Shown here piece by piece: positions 25,965 to 39,200 of a DNA stretch of 64,000 nucleotides. The first letter of the stretch is position 1. Each line of letters begins with the position of its first letter. Source of the DNA: Trichosphaerium sp. ATCC 40318. Its lineage: Eukaryota > Protista > Tubulinea. The position numbers and the translations under genes were made by a program. The stretch lies in NCBI GenBank assembly GCA_038496445.1, contig JALMLS010000363.1, positions 1 through 64,000 of the forward strand, read 5' to 3'. The notes under the pieces are model-generated. The model was given only the letters and a program-made list of their open reading frames with translations, was not told the origin of the DNA and did no database searches.

Positions 25965-28056
25965 TTAATTTTGTCCAGATTGTTGATTTTTGGCCTTTTC
26001 CTCGAGCATACTCAGATAACGGATGCGAGAGTACCAACCAGAACCACCAATAACAAGACAGATACCAAGTAAGTTCTATCAAACAAGGTTAATACGGCGC
26101 AATAACAAAATTTTTTGAAAACTTCAATTCATTCAAACAAAAAAAGAATACAAGAAAATCAACAAGTGTCCACTTACCATTGGTGAAATTGGGTTCCTCC
26201 AGATCATCCATCCCAACAATGTTTGTACACATGCCTTAATAATGTTAGGGCCATAATCATTAAATAACAAACGCAACAACACCAAGCGATGAAAAAAAAA
26301 AAAGACATGCATTAAAAGTTTTTCTTTAGAATGATCATTCTGTCATACCTTAGCAGTACCAGAGATTGAGTTTGTGAGAGCGCTTGTATAATTAATTTGC
26401 ATAAAAATAGCAATATTAATGAGCCAACCAAAGACACCAGATACCTAAATACGCTTAGAAAAAGACACCAATCTCATACAACTACTTACCAAAATTTTGC
26501 CTTGGATTGCTTGATCCGTCCATAGAACTGGTGTCATAAGTACGTTAACACCGCCTGTAGCAACCAATACAAAGAACAATAATACAATAGCCATGAGTGT
26601 ATTGTAAATCAATAGGCGCCTAAATAACCCATAAATTCAAAAGAAAAAAAAAGCAATTGTTGAAACTCTTTGATTTGGGTTTTTTTTTGTTGTTTTTTTT
26701 TCTGACTCAGTCAGTAACGTAGATATCGACACGGCATCAATTCCGTCCGCCCGTTCGCAATGCATCATAGTAAAAGAAAAAAACAACAAAAAAATCCAAC
26801 AAGTTCAGCGTAGTGCTAAACTCAAAGAAAACAGAAAAATAAAGAAAATCGATAAAAAAAATTTTGCACTCACCAGTGATTATTACCAACTGAGCCAATA
26901 ACCTTTTTGACAAAGATACCATATAATGCAACAAATGCACTACTAATAACACCAAAGATAAGTCCAGCCCACTCGAATTCAACTTCACCAACGCTACCTA
27001 AAGAGAAAAAACAATCAACAACAAAAGCACAATGCAAACAAAAAAAAAAAAAAAGAGAAAAACGTGTTCCAAGTACTGTTTGGGGAAGGTTGTTATTTCT
27101 TTTTTTTTTGCCTTCAATAAACAAGTGTAGATGTATACGTGTACACCACCAAACACGTTACACGTTTAATTCAGGGCTCAAAAAGAATTAAAAACTAAGT
27201 TTTTACGCGTACCAACAACAAATCCAGAAACTACGACCAGACATGCGCCAATTGATAACCATTTGGTTGTTTTACCAAGGATTACGTATGTAAAGATAAT
27301 AGCGAAAAATATCGTGTTCGCACGGGCAACCTATCAAAATAAAAATAAACGAGCCGGCCTACATGTACATGTACAAACAAGGGAATACAAGGGAGTTGTC
27401 AAAATGCGATAAAAAAAGCGAAAAAAATAGTCGACCACGTCGATCGTTTTAGACGAGATGGTGGATAGAAGAAAAAGTGGGTGCGTTGCTTTATAAGAGC
27501 GTTAATAAGGTACGTACTTGGTAAAAGGTAACTTGTACGTATTGCAAGCATAAGTTGTTAAAAGCAATCATAGACACATATACGACTGTGAGAGGCGCAA
27601 TTTTAATGGCTATACTTAAATCGAACTCAAATGGAGGAAATATGTTAAAAACGCCTCCAAAACTATGGTAAGGGTTAGTTCATGGTCGTAGAAGTGCATT
27701 GCGGAAAAATTAGTTCGGCTGATATTGCCAGATTTAAATCTTTGGCGTCAGGAAGTTAACTGCAGTCGTACGTTTGTCCCATGATACCAGTTATGATAAC
27801 TATTACCATAGCAATTACTAACTGTAGCCATGTCAAAAGAAGAGGGTAAGGGAATCCTGTATCGCCCAAGAGGCCCTTGTTCACAAATACGAGACATAGA
27901 GAAATGCAAAAGTAAAAAGAGACAACAGCGGCAATAATCAAGCTTTATGAACGTAAGATAAACTGATAATAGCAATAAAAGGCACCTCTTTGGTGTTCCT
28001 GCTTTCTTTTGATCTTGCCAACCAGAATCTGGTGGATTCTCTGTGTCCTTGCGCAT
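25965..28056 (-). CDS. GDP-fucose transporter-like nucleotide-sugar transporter (SLC35C1 family)
   Basis: Spliced: 'YFCISLCLVFVNK', 'MIAFNNLCLQYVQVTFYQVARA', 'QIKYTSALTNSISGTAKACVQT'. Stop at 25965-25967. Start codon approximate. Confidence 0.88.
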
Positions 28057-28433
28057 TAGGTCTACAGCACAAGTTTTAAAGTACAAAAAGCGGAGAAAGA
28101 CTAAGGAAGAATGTCATTTTTTTTTTCGGTGCTTTTTTGTTGGGAATCTTCGAATTTTTTATTTTGTCATGTACTTGTAACTTTTGTACTCTATTCACAG
28201 TTAATTACATTGTACAAGAGGGAACGATTGTCATTCAGCAAAGATTACTGGAATCAATGACACTAGGGCTGACTTCGTTTGAATGCGATCAGTTTCGGTA
28301 CTAAACACGAGGGACGCAATCTGTAGCGCCCTTTCATCAAATAAAACCTATTTTGGTGCGTAATAACATTTATTGGTTTTATGTCTTCTTCGCTTGTTAA
28401 TTTTGTTAGAGTTTAAGAACTACTCGTTAAATA

Positions 28434-31347
28434 ATGAGTTGGGGCGTACCAATACACGGGAATTCGCAAAGTTTCGGTTCAAACGAATTTTGGGATGGCG
28501 TTCCTGATGATGCAATGTCAGATATCTACAAGCAGTTAAAGTACGATTCTTGGTAATTGATAAAAACTTACAGAGAAAAACAAGCCAATTGTTCTTAAAT
28601 TACGTATTAATAGCACGCATACGCTATTGAATACCCATGCAATTAATCTAATCTACTTTAAGACGAGTTAAAATATTTTTTTTAATTTTCCCTCCAAACC
28701 AATTAAAATATCTTCACATAGCACAACAACCTCGGTCAATTGCTCTGACAGGGTTTTTATAATTTTTTTTTTAACGAACCAGAATAAATACCTTAATTTG
28801 ACACAAACACCTTTGTATCTTGTTTAACTTATTTTTAATAGCACTGATGATCAAGAACCAGATGAGTTTGATCCACTACAACACCCTGAGAATCCACCAG
28901 TAGGTGAAATGTTACTCAATGATCACCTCAATGTATCTCAACGACACGGCTTGAACTCGTCTCTCGGGTTTGGTATCTCAAACTCTGGATTATTCGCGCA
29001 AGGTAAGATAAGCTCAACAACAAAATTAGGGAGAATGGCAGAGACATGTCGTTTTTTTTTAAACCAACGTTCTTTGTCAAACTTTTTTTTATTTTTTTTG
29101 ACATGACTTTCAATGACATATTGATGGCATTCTAGGTGGTAGTCAGAATACCAGTTTGTCATTTGGGTTCAATGGAAATCAGTCTCAGCCACAAGCAGAG
29201 CAAGCTATCGTGTACGTTGCGCCTTTTGTTGTTGTGGGTACTAATTTTTTTGTGGAGAAGGAAAGAAGATCCATTGCATGAACAACCAACCCCGATGGAA
29301 GTACAAACTTTACCTAAACCAGGAGAGTTTATTGTTGTACGTTTTGTAATTTTATGAAATGACTATTGACACGTGTGTTTAGCAACTACCTCCAAGGTCA
29401 AATCAAGAAACAACACAGTACCTCAAAGCCAAAGGCGTACGTCTTTCAAGAGTTTGTTGCGTTCGGTCTTTTTTTTGCTTAGTTCTTTTATTACAGCTTA
29501 TTGAACACATTGCTGGACTTAAAGTAAGCCAAGCGGAGCAGTTGGAAGACATGCTTAACGTCCAAGCATACTTATTAAAAGAGAGAAAAGTGGATCGCAT
29601 GGCACGTCTTGCAAGACAACAACAAAGATTAAAAACTACAATAATTCACGAGTTAGAAAGGCACGTGTTTTTTTTATTTATTATTGGTGTGACACCTGAC
29701 ATTATTACTCAAGGCTCTATGAGTGTGTTCGTGTTATTATATTTGAAGCGGGAAACCTGTTCATTGTTCGACAGCTTATATCACAATTAAATACTCAGAA
29801 GGACAGGCTTTTCTTGTACAGTACAGAGTTAGCATCTGCTATGTCTGGTAAACCTACCCATCTGTACGAAAAAGAAGAGAAACCTTCTCATCTTCACTCT
29901 GTCTTACACGTTTTGTTTTTAGTCTTGCTAGTCTTATTATAAAGCAACAACCTCTGCCTCAAGTGTTGTTTAAAAAAAAACAGATTGAAGATGTTTATTG
30001 TGTTCAACTCATCACTTCTGCAGCTGCACCTATTCAAGAGTTCTCAGTGTACGTATTATTATACGTAAATTATGTGCTCTTATGTTAACAATACAATCAA
30101 GTGTTGTAGCCAATATAACAGCACGTCCAGATGATAAAGCAAAAGGGAAATTGCCTTCTCTTGCAAATGGCTTAACAGATAATAAACAAGCTATGGATAG
30201 AATAGTACATAAAGCCATATTCCAGACTATGAAGGTTACTGTCTCTACACGTATGCATATGGTATACGCCAAATTTTCAATGCAGGTACGGACGACATGA
30301 TCTGATAAAAAAGATAGAAAGCCTTAAGTTTTTTTTAGATCAAGTCTGAAGACGTTGCACAACAGATTGAGAGTCCTCATAGCTTTCCATTTATTGTAAT
30401 TACAAATGAAAGTCAATGGTGTGACGCAGCTAGAAAGTTAGTTCTTGAAGATGCGTTTGCAGGCAACCGTAAGTGATACTTTCCTTCAAACATATGAGAG
30501 TTTTTTGTTGACTGTTTTTTATTTTAGACCAAGCACAGATTCCTTTTGCTCAGTTTGCGAATGTATTTCACAGCCATTTCTTAACGGCAACGCGCCAATC
30601 TGCAAGTGATCCTGCTCGGCCATTACAACACTACGAGTTTAAATACCTACACAAAAAGTTCTTCAGTACGTTTTGGTGTCAATCTATGTTATTTTCAAAA
30701 ACTGAGCTTTGTAAACTTTTTCATCACGTCTAACTTGGTCTTGCAGATAATGATCAACAAATAACACGTGCACAAGCATCCACAATGTGGGCTTGGATAG
30801 GACCTGTATTACAGTCAATAAGGTTTAAGAGGCACATTAGTTCGTTATGGACTAAAGGATACATTTTTGGTTTTTTCACAAAGGAGGCTTGCAACAAAGC
30901 ATTAGCTAGGCAGCCTGTTGGTACATTCATGATCAGATTCTCTGAGAGTAAACCAGGTACGTTGTCTTTTGATGAACTTCACGTGGCTTTTTTTTTTTTC
31001 ATTCCACGTGGAATGTCTTTTTTTGAGTTGCTGTTTTCAGTCATTTTGATTTTGTTGTTGAATTGTGTTGACGGGTTTTTTTAGGGCTTTTTGGTGTTGC
31101 GTATGTTTCTACAGATGCTAAAGATCCTGTGAAGCATTATCTCGTTAAGGCTGAGGATATTGGATCTAACAAATCATTGCCTGATTTCATTCATGAAAAA
31201 CAACAATTTAAAGATCTTGTTGTTATGAAGCCTGGTTCTAATAGCATGTATAGTTGTCCTAAAGATGAGTTGCTAAATGAAATGTACTCAAAACGTACAA
31301 AATCAGGTGGAAGTGGACCACCAACTGGTTATAGTGCATTGCAATAG
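28434..31347 (+). CDS. STAT: STAT transcription factor, Dictyostelium/amoebozoan type
   Basis: Coiled coil; 'LIIKQQPLPQVLFKKKQI'; 'PFIVITNESQW'; SH2 'GYIFGFFTKE...LARQPVGTFMIRFSESKPG'; C-terminal phosphotyrosine tail 'PTGYSALQ*'. Confidence 0.9.
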
Positions 31348-31507
31348 GACAGACTTAAAATCTCATAAATTTTTTCGAAAAAGTTGTTAATTTCTGTGTT
31401 GCTTTAACTGAACAAAAAAACAAAGACAAAAAAAAACCACCTTCCAAACCCTCTGACTAGACTCTATGATTGTAATAAAAATAAAAAATAAAGTTTATTG
31501 TTATATC

Positions 31508-32448
31508 TTATTTGTCTTTCTTTTGTTTTTTCTCTACAACCACTGTTGGTGATAGTAGATTAACAAGTGCAGTGTTTTGAAGACCTCCTTCAACAAATTC
31601 ATCTTTCGTTATAAAAGCGTCATCGTCTGCATCACATTTTTGTAGTGTAAGCTTTGCAAATGCTTCTGCTGCTTTTACAGATCTACCACGACCTATTTGA
31701 TTATTGTTAGTTACAAGGTGTTCTTGCCAGGTTGGAAAGCAAATTCACAAAAAATGAGAAAAACTAAAAGCTAAAGTTTGTGTATTTATCTGCCGTACCG
31801 ATAGCAACTGCTTTGATTTGTTCTATTATTTGTTGTGCTTGGTTCCAATTGAGTTTACCTTGATTATCAACATCAAAAAGTTCAAACCTATTGGAGCGTA
31901 AATGAGTGCACACACGTGCACTTCAAAAGTAGTTTTCGGGTTTTTTTGACTTGAATTTTGTATTGTTAGAAGACGCACATGAACACTAATTTTTCTCTTG
32001 GCATTCCTCTACCGACAATTGAGAGCGATGTGGCAAGTTCTAAACAAAAAATGGATAAGAAGTCTCAAAATGCTTACAAGCGCTACCATTGAATGACACA
32101 GTGCCGTTACCATCCGCGTCGAATGCCTAAGCGTTAAAGTATTGTTATTTCTTTGTTTCGGGTCAGTTTTATTGTAGTTTTACCTCAAACAAGTTCTCAT
32201 ACGTGCTCTTTGCACAGTTCTTCATAACAGACTCCATAACTTGCTTAAATTCGGCTTTTTTGGTGTGAATCGCTTCAAAAATCAATATACTAGGTAGATG
32301 CACCTCTGTCTAGGTCTCCAGACTTGTCTGTGTCCTTTTTTTTAAATGCTTTGTGTAAAGCGGTTAACTCTCCCTTATCGAAGCTTGTGCTGAGTATGAG
32401 ATCATCAATGTCTTCCTTAGATATCTTTCTACCCGATTTATTTCCCAT
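31508..32448 (-). CDS. N-myristoylated four-EF-hand Ca2+ sensor (NCS/calcineurin-B-like)
   Basis: Starts MGNKSG (myristoylation consensus). EF loops 'DTDKSGDLDRAE', 'DADGNGTVSFNE', 'DVDNQGKLNWNQ', 'DADDDAFITKDE'. Confidence 0.85.
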
Positions 32449-32800
32449 TGTGTGTATTTATAGTCGTTTTAGTGTATGATCAACAATACACAAAAAAGTC
32501 GAAGTCAATGACAGTCGTGTTCTTCAGAGTTTTGCAAATATAAGCTGTTTGAAGTTCAATATAGAGTTGAATTCATATGAATGATATGGTAAAAATAAAT
32601 AATAATTATGTTGTGAGAGGCATGTTAGTTGTGGTGCGTTTGGTTTGCACGTGACTTTCAAAGAGCAATCACTTAATAAAAAAGCTTGTTTCAAACACGT
32701 GATTTTTGGATTATTATTGTTACTCCCATTGTAGTTAACTTGGTTTGTTTGTTTTACATTGAGTTTATTTAAATAAATACTTAGTTGATTTTTAATCTTG

Positions 32801-33841
32801 TTATTCATTTCGTCTACCTGTAAAGGTATCTTTAAACTTTTTATGCCAATCAATATCCCCAATTCCTTCTTCGTCTCTTATAAAATCATCCAAATCAACA
32901 TCACCAATTGTACGTAGTTTAAGGGCATATCCAAGTTTATACATTTCATTTTCTGTTGCTGGCAATGCCATCAAGTTATCTCCAAACAAGTACCGCTAAA
33001 AGCAAATAAGCTTAAAAACAATGAAAAAAAATCGTTTCAACTTTTTGCAATGAAACTGAAGTTGACTTGTTGTAAAAAATTGTACATTGTATGCATCGAA
33101 AGGGCTTGATCCAGAAGGTTGACCAGAAGCTTGTAATGTGTCTTACACTCCAATGTTAGCATAGCGTAAAACAGTTGTTTGTTAGTCGTACTTGATTCTA
33201 AAATATCAACGCTAGGGTCACTGTATTGTATACCAACAGCATTAGGATTTCCAAGCGTATACACACCTAATCCATTAAGGCAGTGAGCTCACCGAAATCA
33301 ACAAAAATATTGGGTACCTTTTGGTACTCTAGCTACCATATTATGGCTATCTATTAAGTAGTATAAGCACACGTGACTTTCCAAAAATAGAACCAAAAAT
33401 CAGAAAGCAAGTTTGTTGACAAACCTAAACGAAATTTCCTTATTTGACTTTCGAACCCCATTGGATCAACATGCAGCTCAAAAAAAGCGTCCTCACGTTC
33501 CTCTGGTCTAACGACTAAAGAGAGTACATCATTACACTGGCGCTCAAGTAAAAGAAAACCAAGAAAACAATGTGCAAGATAACGTACGGATCAAAGAAGA
33601 TAGATAAAAGTGATTAAGATTCCTAGATCCCAGGCCTGCCAATAGCGATGCAATACCTCTAAAGTAGTGTTAGACGTATCATACAACAGCAAGGGATGCT
33701 CGTACGTCGGTGGAAGTCCATTAGCTACAAAATAGAGGCTAGCTGCGTACAGCGAGAATTCCACTCCTGTTTATTTGGTTTTTTGTTAGTTATACTTGGG
33801 TTTAAACGTATTTGCTATGTTTTTATACCTGTCAACGCCAT
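32801..33841 (-). CDS. Hypothetical multi-exon protein
   Basis: Phase-compatible GT-AG introns give a continuous ORF 'MALTGVEFSLYAASLYF...LVRPEEREDAFFELHVDP...KFKDTFTGRRNE*'. No domain recognised. Confidence 0.6.
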
Positions 33842-34340
33842 TTTAGCCGCGTTAAATTGTATTTCATCTCGTTTGAACACTACAACGCGTGTAGATAGAT
33901 AACGTTCTGTTTACGCGCGTTAATGGTATTTGTACTGTTAAAAAGGCAAAATGGCGTTTTACGTACTGACATTATTGATTACTGCACGCCTATGTACTGG
34001 TCGGGTGTGTTTCGAGCTATTTAGTTTAGTTTTGACCAAAAAATATTCGTTGTACCTACAGTAGAGTTGCGGTACGCGACTTATTCTAGCAGTAAAACGC
34101 AACGCCATCACATAAACGATCTGAATGTTAATTGTCCGAAAAACCGGCCGAGCTAACTTAATTACACCCGGTTAAGGCATAGGTCGAGTGCTGGTAACAT
34201 AATAGCTTGAGTATTCAGTATGTTGTCACAGGCAAGGAAAGAGAATGTGGCGTTATCACAATTGCAAATAATTTATTTTACTTTTTTATGTTTGCTAGTT
34301 ATTATTATGTCTATCACGTGTTTTTTGTTTATTTTTTTTG

Positions 34341-36108
34341 CTACACGGCGTTATCAACGCTAATGACAACAGTCTCAGCATTAGTTCCAATATTTCCTCT
34401 ATTGTGTTGTGCTCTATATCTACTGCTGCGTCTTCTCTTAAGTCTAGAAAGTGGTCAAAAACAGTACCAATAAATCAAATTGATCAACAATGATTGGTGT
34501 TTTGGAATTATCGAATATTTTTAGACTTACGATTGCGGTAGTAGTTTGTCAAACATTACAGTTCGTTTGTGAAGCATGAACACAAATCCTGTTAATATAG
34601 TTGAAACACCTGTTATGATGACTAGATAGTAGGTCCATCTACAGAATGAGTAGTTAGTATTGCTTTTTTATTTTTTTATAGTACCCATATCGTGGTTTCA
34701 AGAATACTGTCACACCGTCTCTACCTGGGAATGGAATCTACATATTATTACTCATAATTTTAACTCTAATTTTATGTACTTGTAGCTTAGTAGACATGTC
34801 AGATAACGAAGACCAGAGAATACAAGACAACACTAACAATGAACCTAGGATTATTTTGTTAGTAGAAAATATCTTATTTTTAAAGGTGTTAAGAACACCA
34901 CCATGTGCGATATGTAGTGCGTACCAAATACAACTGAGAATATAGAAAAAGCTATGAGTTTCCTTAGATACATCATAACATTCGCTACGATCCACAACGG
35001 AAACGTTATCCTAAAGGGTTCAAAAATTAAAAAACGGAAGAAAAAAAAGTTGTCTTCAAGCTTACCATAGGAGGAAAAACACATAATTGCTAGCTTCACG
35101 ATAACAACGCCTTACTCTTAAGCGTCCACCGTCAAATGTAAAGTATTCCAATACATGAAGAATGGGCAGTGGTATACCCGTCTCTCTTTGGTAGTATAAG
35201 TAGTAACCCGATAATATCACGTGATATGCACGTGAAAACTCGAACTATTTTCAGGAAATGGCGAACTTCTTTTTGCTTAAAACGCACCTTGCTTTAACGT
35301 ATTCTTTAATCGTCTTAGACGCTATCAAGCGTGAGGGATTGCAATATTAGTTATGAAGTTACCTAGTGCTGTGCTTGCTGAATAGTCCATTCGTCCTTGT
35401 ACAGAGCCTAATTGAAATCTTTCATTGTAATAAACTGATCCATTTAGTCTTCCACTTGGACCCGATACTGTTCTGTATATGCGTTATATATCGCAATCAT
35501 ACTAAAAGAACACAACTTACCCATCTAGAGTTACATTGAAGCGACCAATACCAATGTGAAGGCCTTAGTGAGCCATCGTAAGAATTAAATTACAAAATTA
35601 CATTTCTGTACCAATCTTTCCTGTGAACGTTGTTGCTTCTATTTAAATCGGTCAATTCCGTAAGATACGGACTCTCGCATAGTAGTGAAACGTACCAGCA
35701 GAGCTAAACTGAGTCATAATGTCAACACGGTCACTTTCCCACTCAACGCCGAAAACACCAACTAATAGGCTATATGAGCTGTTTTGAGAGCCATCGGTAT
35801 AAATAACGTACGAACAATAGCGCAGCCAATGCCCAAACTCAAGAATGACCCCAAAGCTATCCAATGAGGCCTCTAAAACAAAAAATACTGTAAATCACGT
35901 TTTTTTACTTTTGTTCAGTCCAGAATAACCGAACAAAGTTGCTCTTGGCATTCAGTACCTTAAAACTTGGTAATACAAGCAATATTGCAACATATACTGT
36001 AACAAACCAAACAAGAACTGCTGCTACGTCCCTGTCATTGTGTGCTCCAGCGAATAGAGATCCATACAATGTAGGGAGACCACCACGATTAGTTAAATCG
36101 CGATCCAT
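34341..36108 (-). CDS. DUOXA: Dual oxidase maturation factor (DUOXA/NIP family)
   Basis: Spliced: TM helices plus DUOXA-like motifs 'FGVEWE', 'GKIGLHIGIGRFNVTLDG', 'LNGSVYYNERF', 'YVKARETGIPLPILHVLEYFTFD', 'YREASNYVFFLLW...LWIVANVM', 'LKPRYGWTYYL'. Confidence 0.88.
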
Positions 36109-36236
36109 TCAAGATTAGCTCCACTACCTCCTAGTAGTTCTTAATTCTTGCACAAAAGTTTCCCACGCAAAATCACGCTTTTCAGATCACGGGCCGACAC
36201 TTGAAGTGAAAATGAATCATATGACGTTTTAAAATA
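36109..36236. promoter_or_regulatory. Putative bidirectional promoter shared by DUOXA and DUOX
   Basis: Only 128 bp between the divergent start codons; contains three spaced CACG half-sites. Function inferred from position only. Confidence 0.55.
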
Positions 36237-39200
36237 ATGAACATGATACAACATAGGAAGGTTATCCTTATAATCGGAGTATTATGCTCGATAATTGGTG
36301 AGTCTGTTGTATATTCTTGAATAATCTTTCCATCTGTATCTCTATTTGCTTGTTTAAAGCCTTAAACTAACTAAAACCGAAGCGGGTGATCTTCTAGGCG
36401 AAGAAAGACGATCTTTTAATGGATGGTATAATAACTTGGAGCGTTTATCATGGGGAGGCACTTGTACGACACGTTTATCGGTGGAAATAAGCGATGTGTG
36501 TCTAACTTTATATTTCTTTGTTGTAGTTACGCCTCTATCTCGAAGAGTTAAATCTGCATACCAAGACGGCGTTTCTAAGCCTCAACAAGGGCTACCGAAC
36601 TCAAGGTATAAAAAAGCCTAACAAATAACAAAACACGTGATATTTCACGTGCCAATTGAGTTACCCTTTTTTGTGATTTACGTAACAACTTACAACGCGA
36701 TAAGGTTTCTTAGCGAAACACTGTTTTCGACTACAGAGCCAAGACAGGATCAAACTGGACTTAATGTACTCGCCGTGTTCCATGGTGCGTTTTTGTTCTA
36801 CCCGACAATCACAAATTAATGGGCAATGTTTAGGGCAACATGTGGTTGATGAAATTGTAGATACACGGTATGTGACGTCACAGAAACAAGAATTTTCTTT
36901 TCTGTACTGATATTTGCATAAGAGTAGCATCATGTCCTCTTGGATACACACATATCGCGTTAAATGGGTCAGATCCCATCTATGGATCAGCAGAGTATAT
37001 TCCAATGAGAAGGTAAGGAATTTTTGTATTTGGCCAAACGTTGTGTTAACTGAATTAAACATCAGATCTGCTTATGATCTATCAACTGGTAAAGGACCGA
37101 ATAGACCAAGACAGCAGGTAAGCAATATTTAAAAATCCGATTACCATGTTACATTAGAGTCTAAACAATGTTTGTTTTATGTAAATCTTTTCACGTGTAA
37201 CTTGTCATTTAGATAAATCATGTATCAGCTTGGCTTGATGGTAGCAGTATATACGGTTCGGAAAAGACTCTATCAGACTATATAAGAAGTAAGATATTCC
37301 TACACAAGTTGTAATATGGCTAATTTCTTCCGTCAGATTTCGATAAAGGAAGAATGACAACAGCAAATGCTGAAGTATGTTTAAACAATTAATCGCCAAC
37401 ATTTTTCTCTAACTTTTTTTTAAAGTACGTTCTCACACGGTCATACCCTCAAAAGAATACGAAAGGACTACCACTTCATGACTTTCCAGCACCAGCATAC
37501 GATAATGGAATGCCTGACGAGTCTACATTATTCTGTAAGTGACAAGCTCTCCGTTTCTTCACATTAATCGTTTTCTAGTGATGGGTTCAAAGCGAGCAAA
37601 TGAAAACCCTCTTAGCATTGCTCTTGGCATGGTGTGGTTAAGAAGACATAATTACCATGCAGACGAGTTTAGGATGGGTAACGATGGATTCTCTGACGAA
37701 CTTGTATTCCAACAAGCGCGTCAATGGACAGTGGCAGAATACCAAGTAATCCATCCATTCGAAATCTTGCTTAACCTTAACTTGTTTTATAGCACATTAC
37801 TTTGTATGAATGGCTTCCTGCCTTTTTGGGTATATCAGCAAGTGATATACCAGCTTATACAGGGTATAAACCAGACATCAATCCTGCAATATCTCATGTG
37901 TTCACTATGGCAATGAGGTTTGGCCACACGGTACAACTTCTTCAAAAACCAAATGCTTTGTGTTTCCACAATTTTATCGTTCTTGTACTCACGTTTCTTT
38001 AGCTTGTGCCTTCTGAGTTTTACACTGTTGACGCTGTTTGTGAGTCTAAAAGCCCGTTCAGAATGTGTAACTGGTTTTGGCGCTCAGAAGAGTTTTTTGA
38101 AGGAGGTGAAGCTCCTCTTGAAGATATTCTTCGAGGCATGGTATTCCAACCAGCATCAAGAGGAGATGTTCAAATAGTAGAAGATCTAAGAGGATATCTA
38201 TACGGACACTTGGACTTCACAAGAAGGTACTAGCAATACTTCACGTTAACCAGAAAACTGGTTCTTGTTCCCTTACTATAAAGTTTTACTTTGTTAACTT
38301 TTGTTGATTGTAGCGATTTAACGGCCAAAGATATCGAAAGAGGTCGTGATCATGGTATCCCTACATACGGCGAAGCAAGGGAAATACTTGGTTTGAGTAA
38401 TACAGGAAATTGGACTGACGTTATTGGTCCACATGCTGTAAGCTTCAAGTTGTTCTTTTCCCTCATTCCTACCTTTTCGTTGCTGACGAGTTTTCGACAA
38501 AATTAGGACCTTGATGCTTTGCAAAGTATTTACGGAAACAGTTTTGACGATGTAGACTTTTTCGTCGGCGGTACGACTGTCAAGTGTTACTAGTTTTGTA
38601 ATTGACTTATTTTTAGGCATGATGGAAACTACTGCTGATGGTAAACCTGGACCTACTTTCAGACGTGTCATACTTGACCAATTTGTCGCATTACGTGTAT
38701 GAATGGTACCCTTTGTTAAATTGTTTTTGACTTTGTTTTTTTAGGATGCTGACAGGTTTTGGTATGAGAACACTGCTGAGCTTCATGGGTATGTAGATTT
38801 GTATGATGTGTGAGTTAAATCTAATTGTATTAGACACTTGACAGAAGCGGAGATAGAGCTTGTTCAGAACACAAGTTTGATGGATGTTTTAGAACAAGTC
38901 TCTGTATTGAAACTGCCTATCGATAAGGTAAACACTTCGGTTTTGATTAAATGACAAATGTTTATCGAATTTCGTTTTTTAGTGGGCTGCTTTTACTTCT
39001 GGAGGCACTTGGCAGGAGTGTCCACTATTGGCTAACGGCACTATGGAACCTTGTGTACCACCAAGATTAATGGACTGGTACAATAAGAGGTACTATATAT
39101 TCTTTTCAAATGACGACAACAGAAGAACTTCTGACACGTGATTTTCATTTAGTGAATATCACATATGGATTATTATATGTGTTATTGGTGCTTTTGGTTT

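Noticed and set aside
34140-34185. Minus-strand ATGCCTTAAC resembling the U12 snRNA 5' end
   Set aside because: Similarity ends after about 9 nt; no branch-pairing region or Sm site follows.
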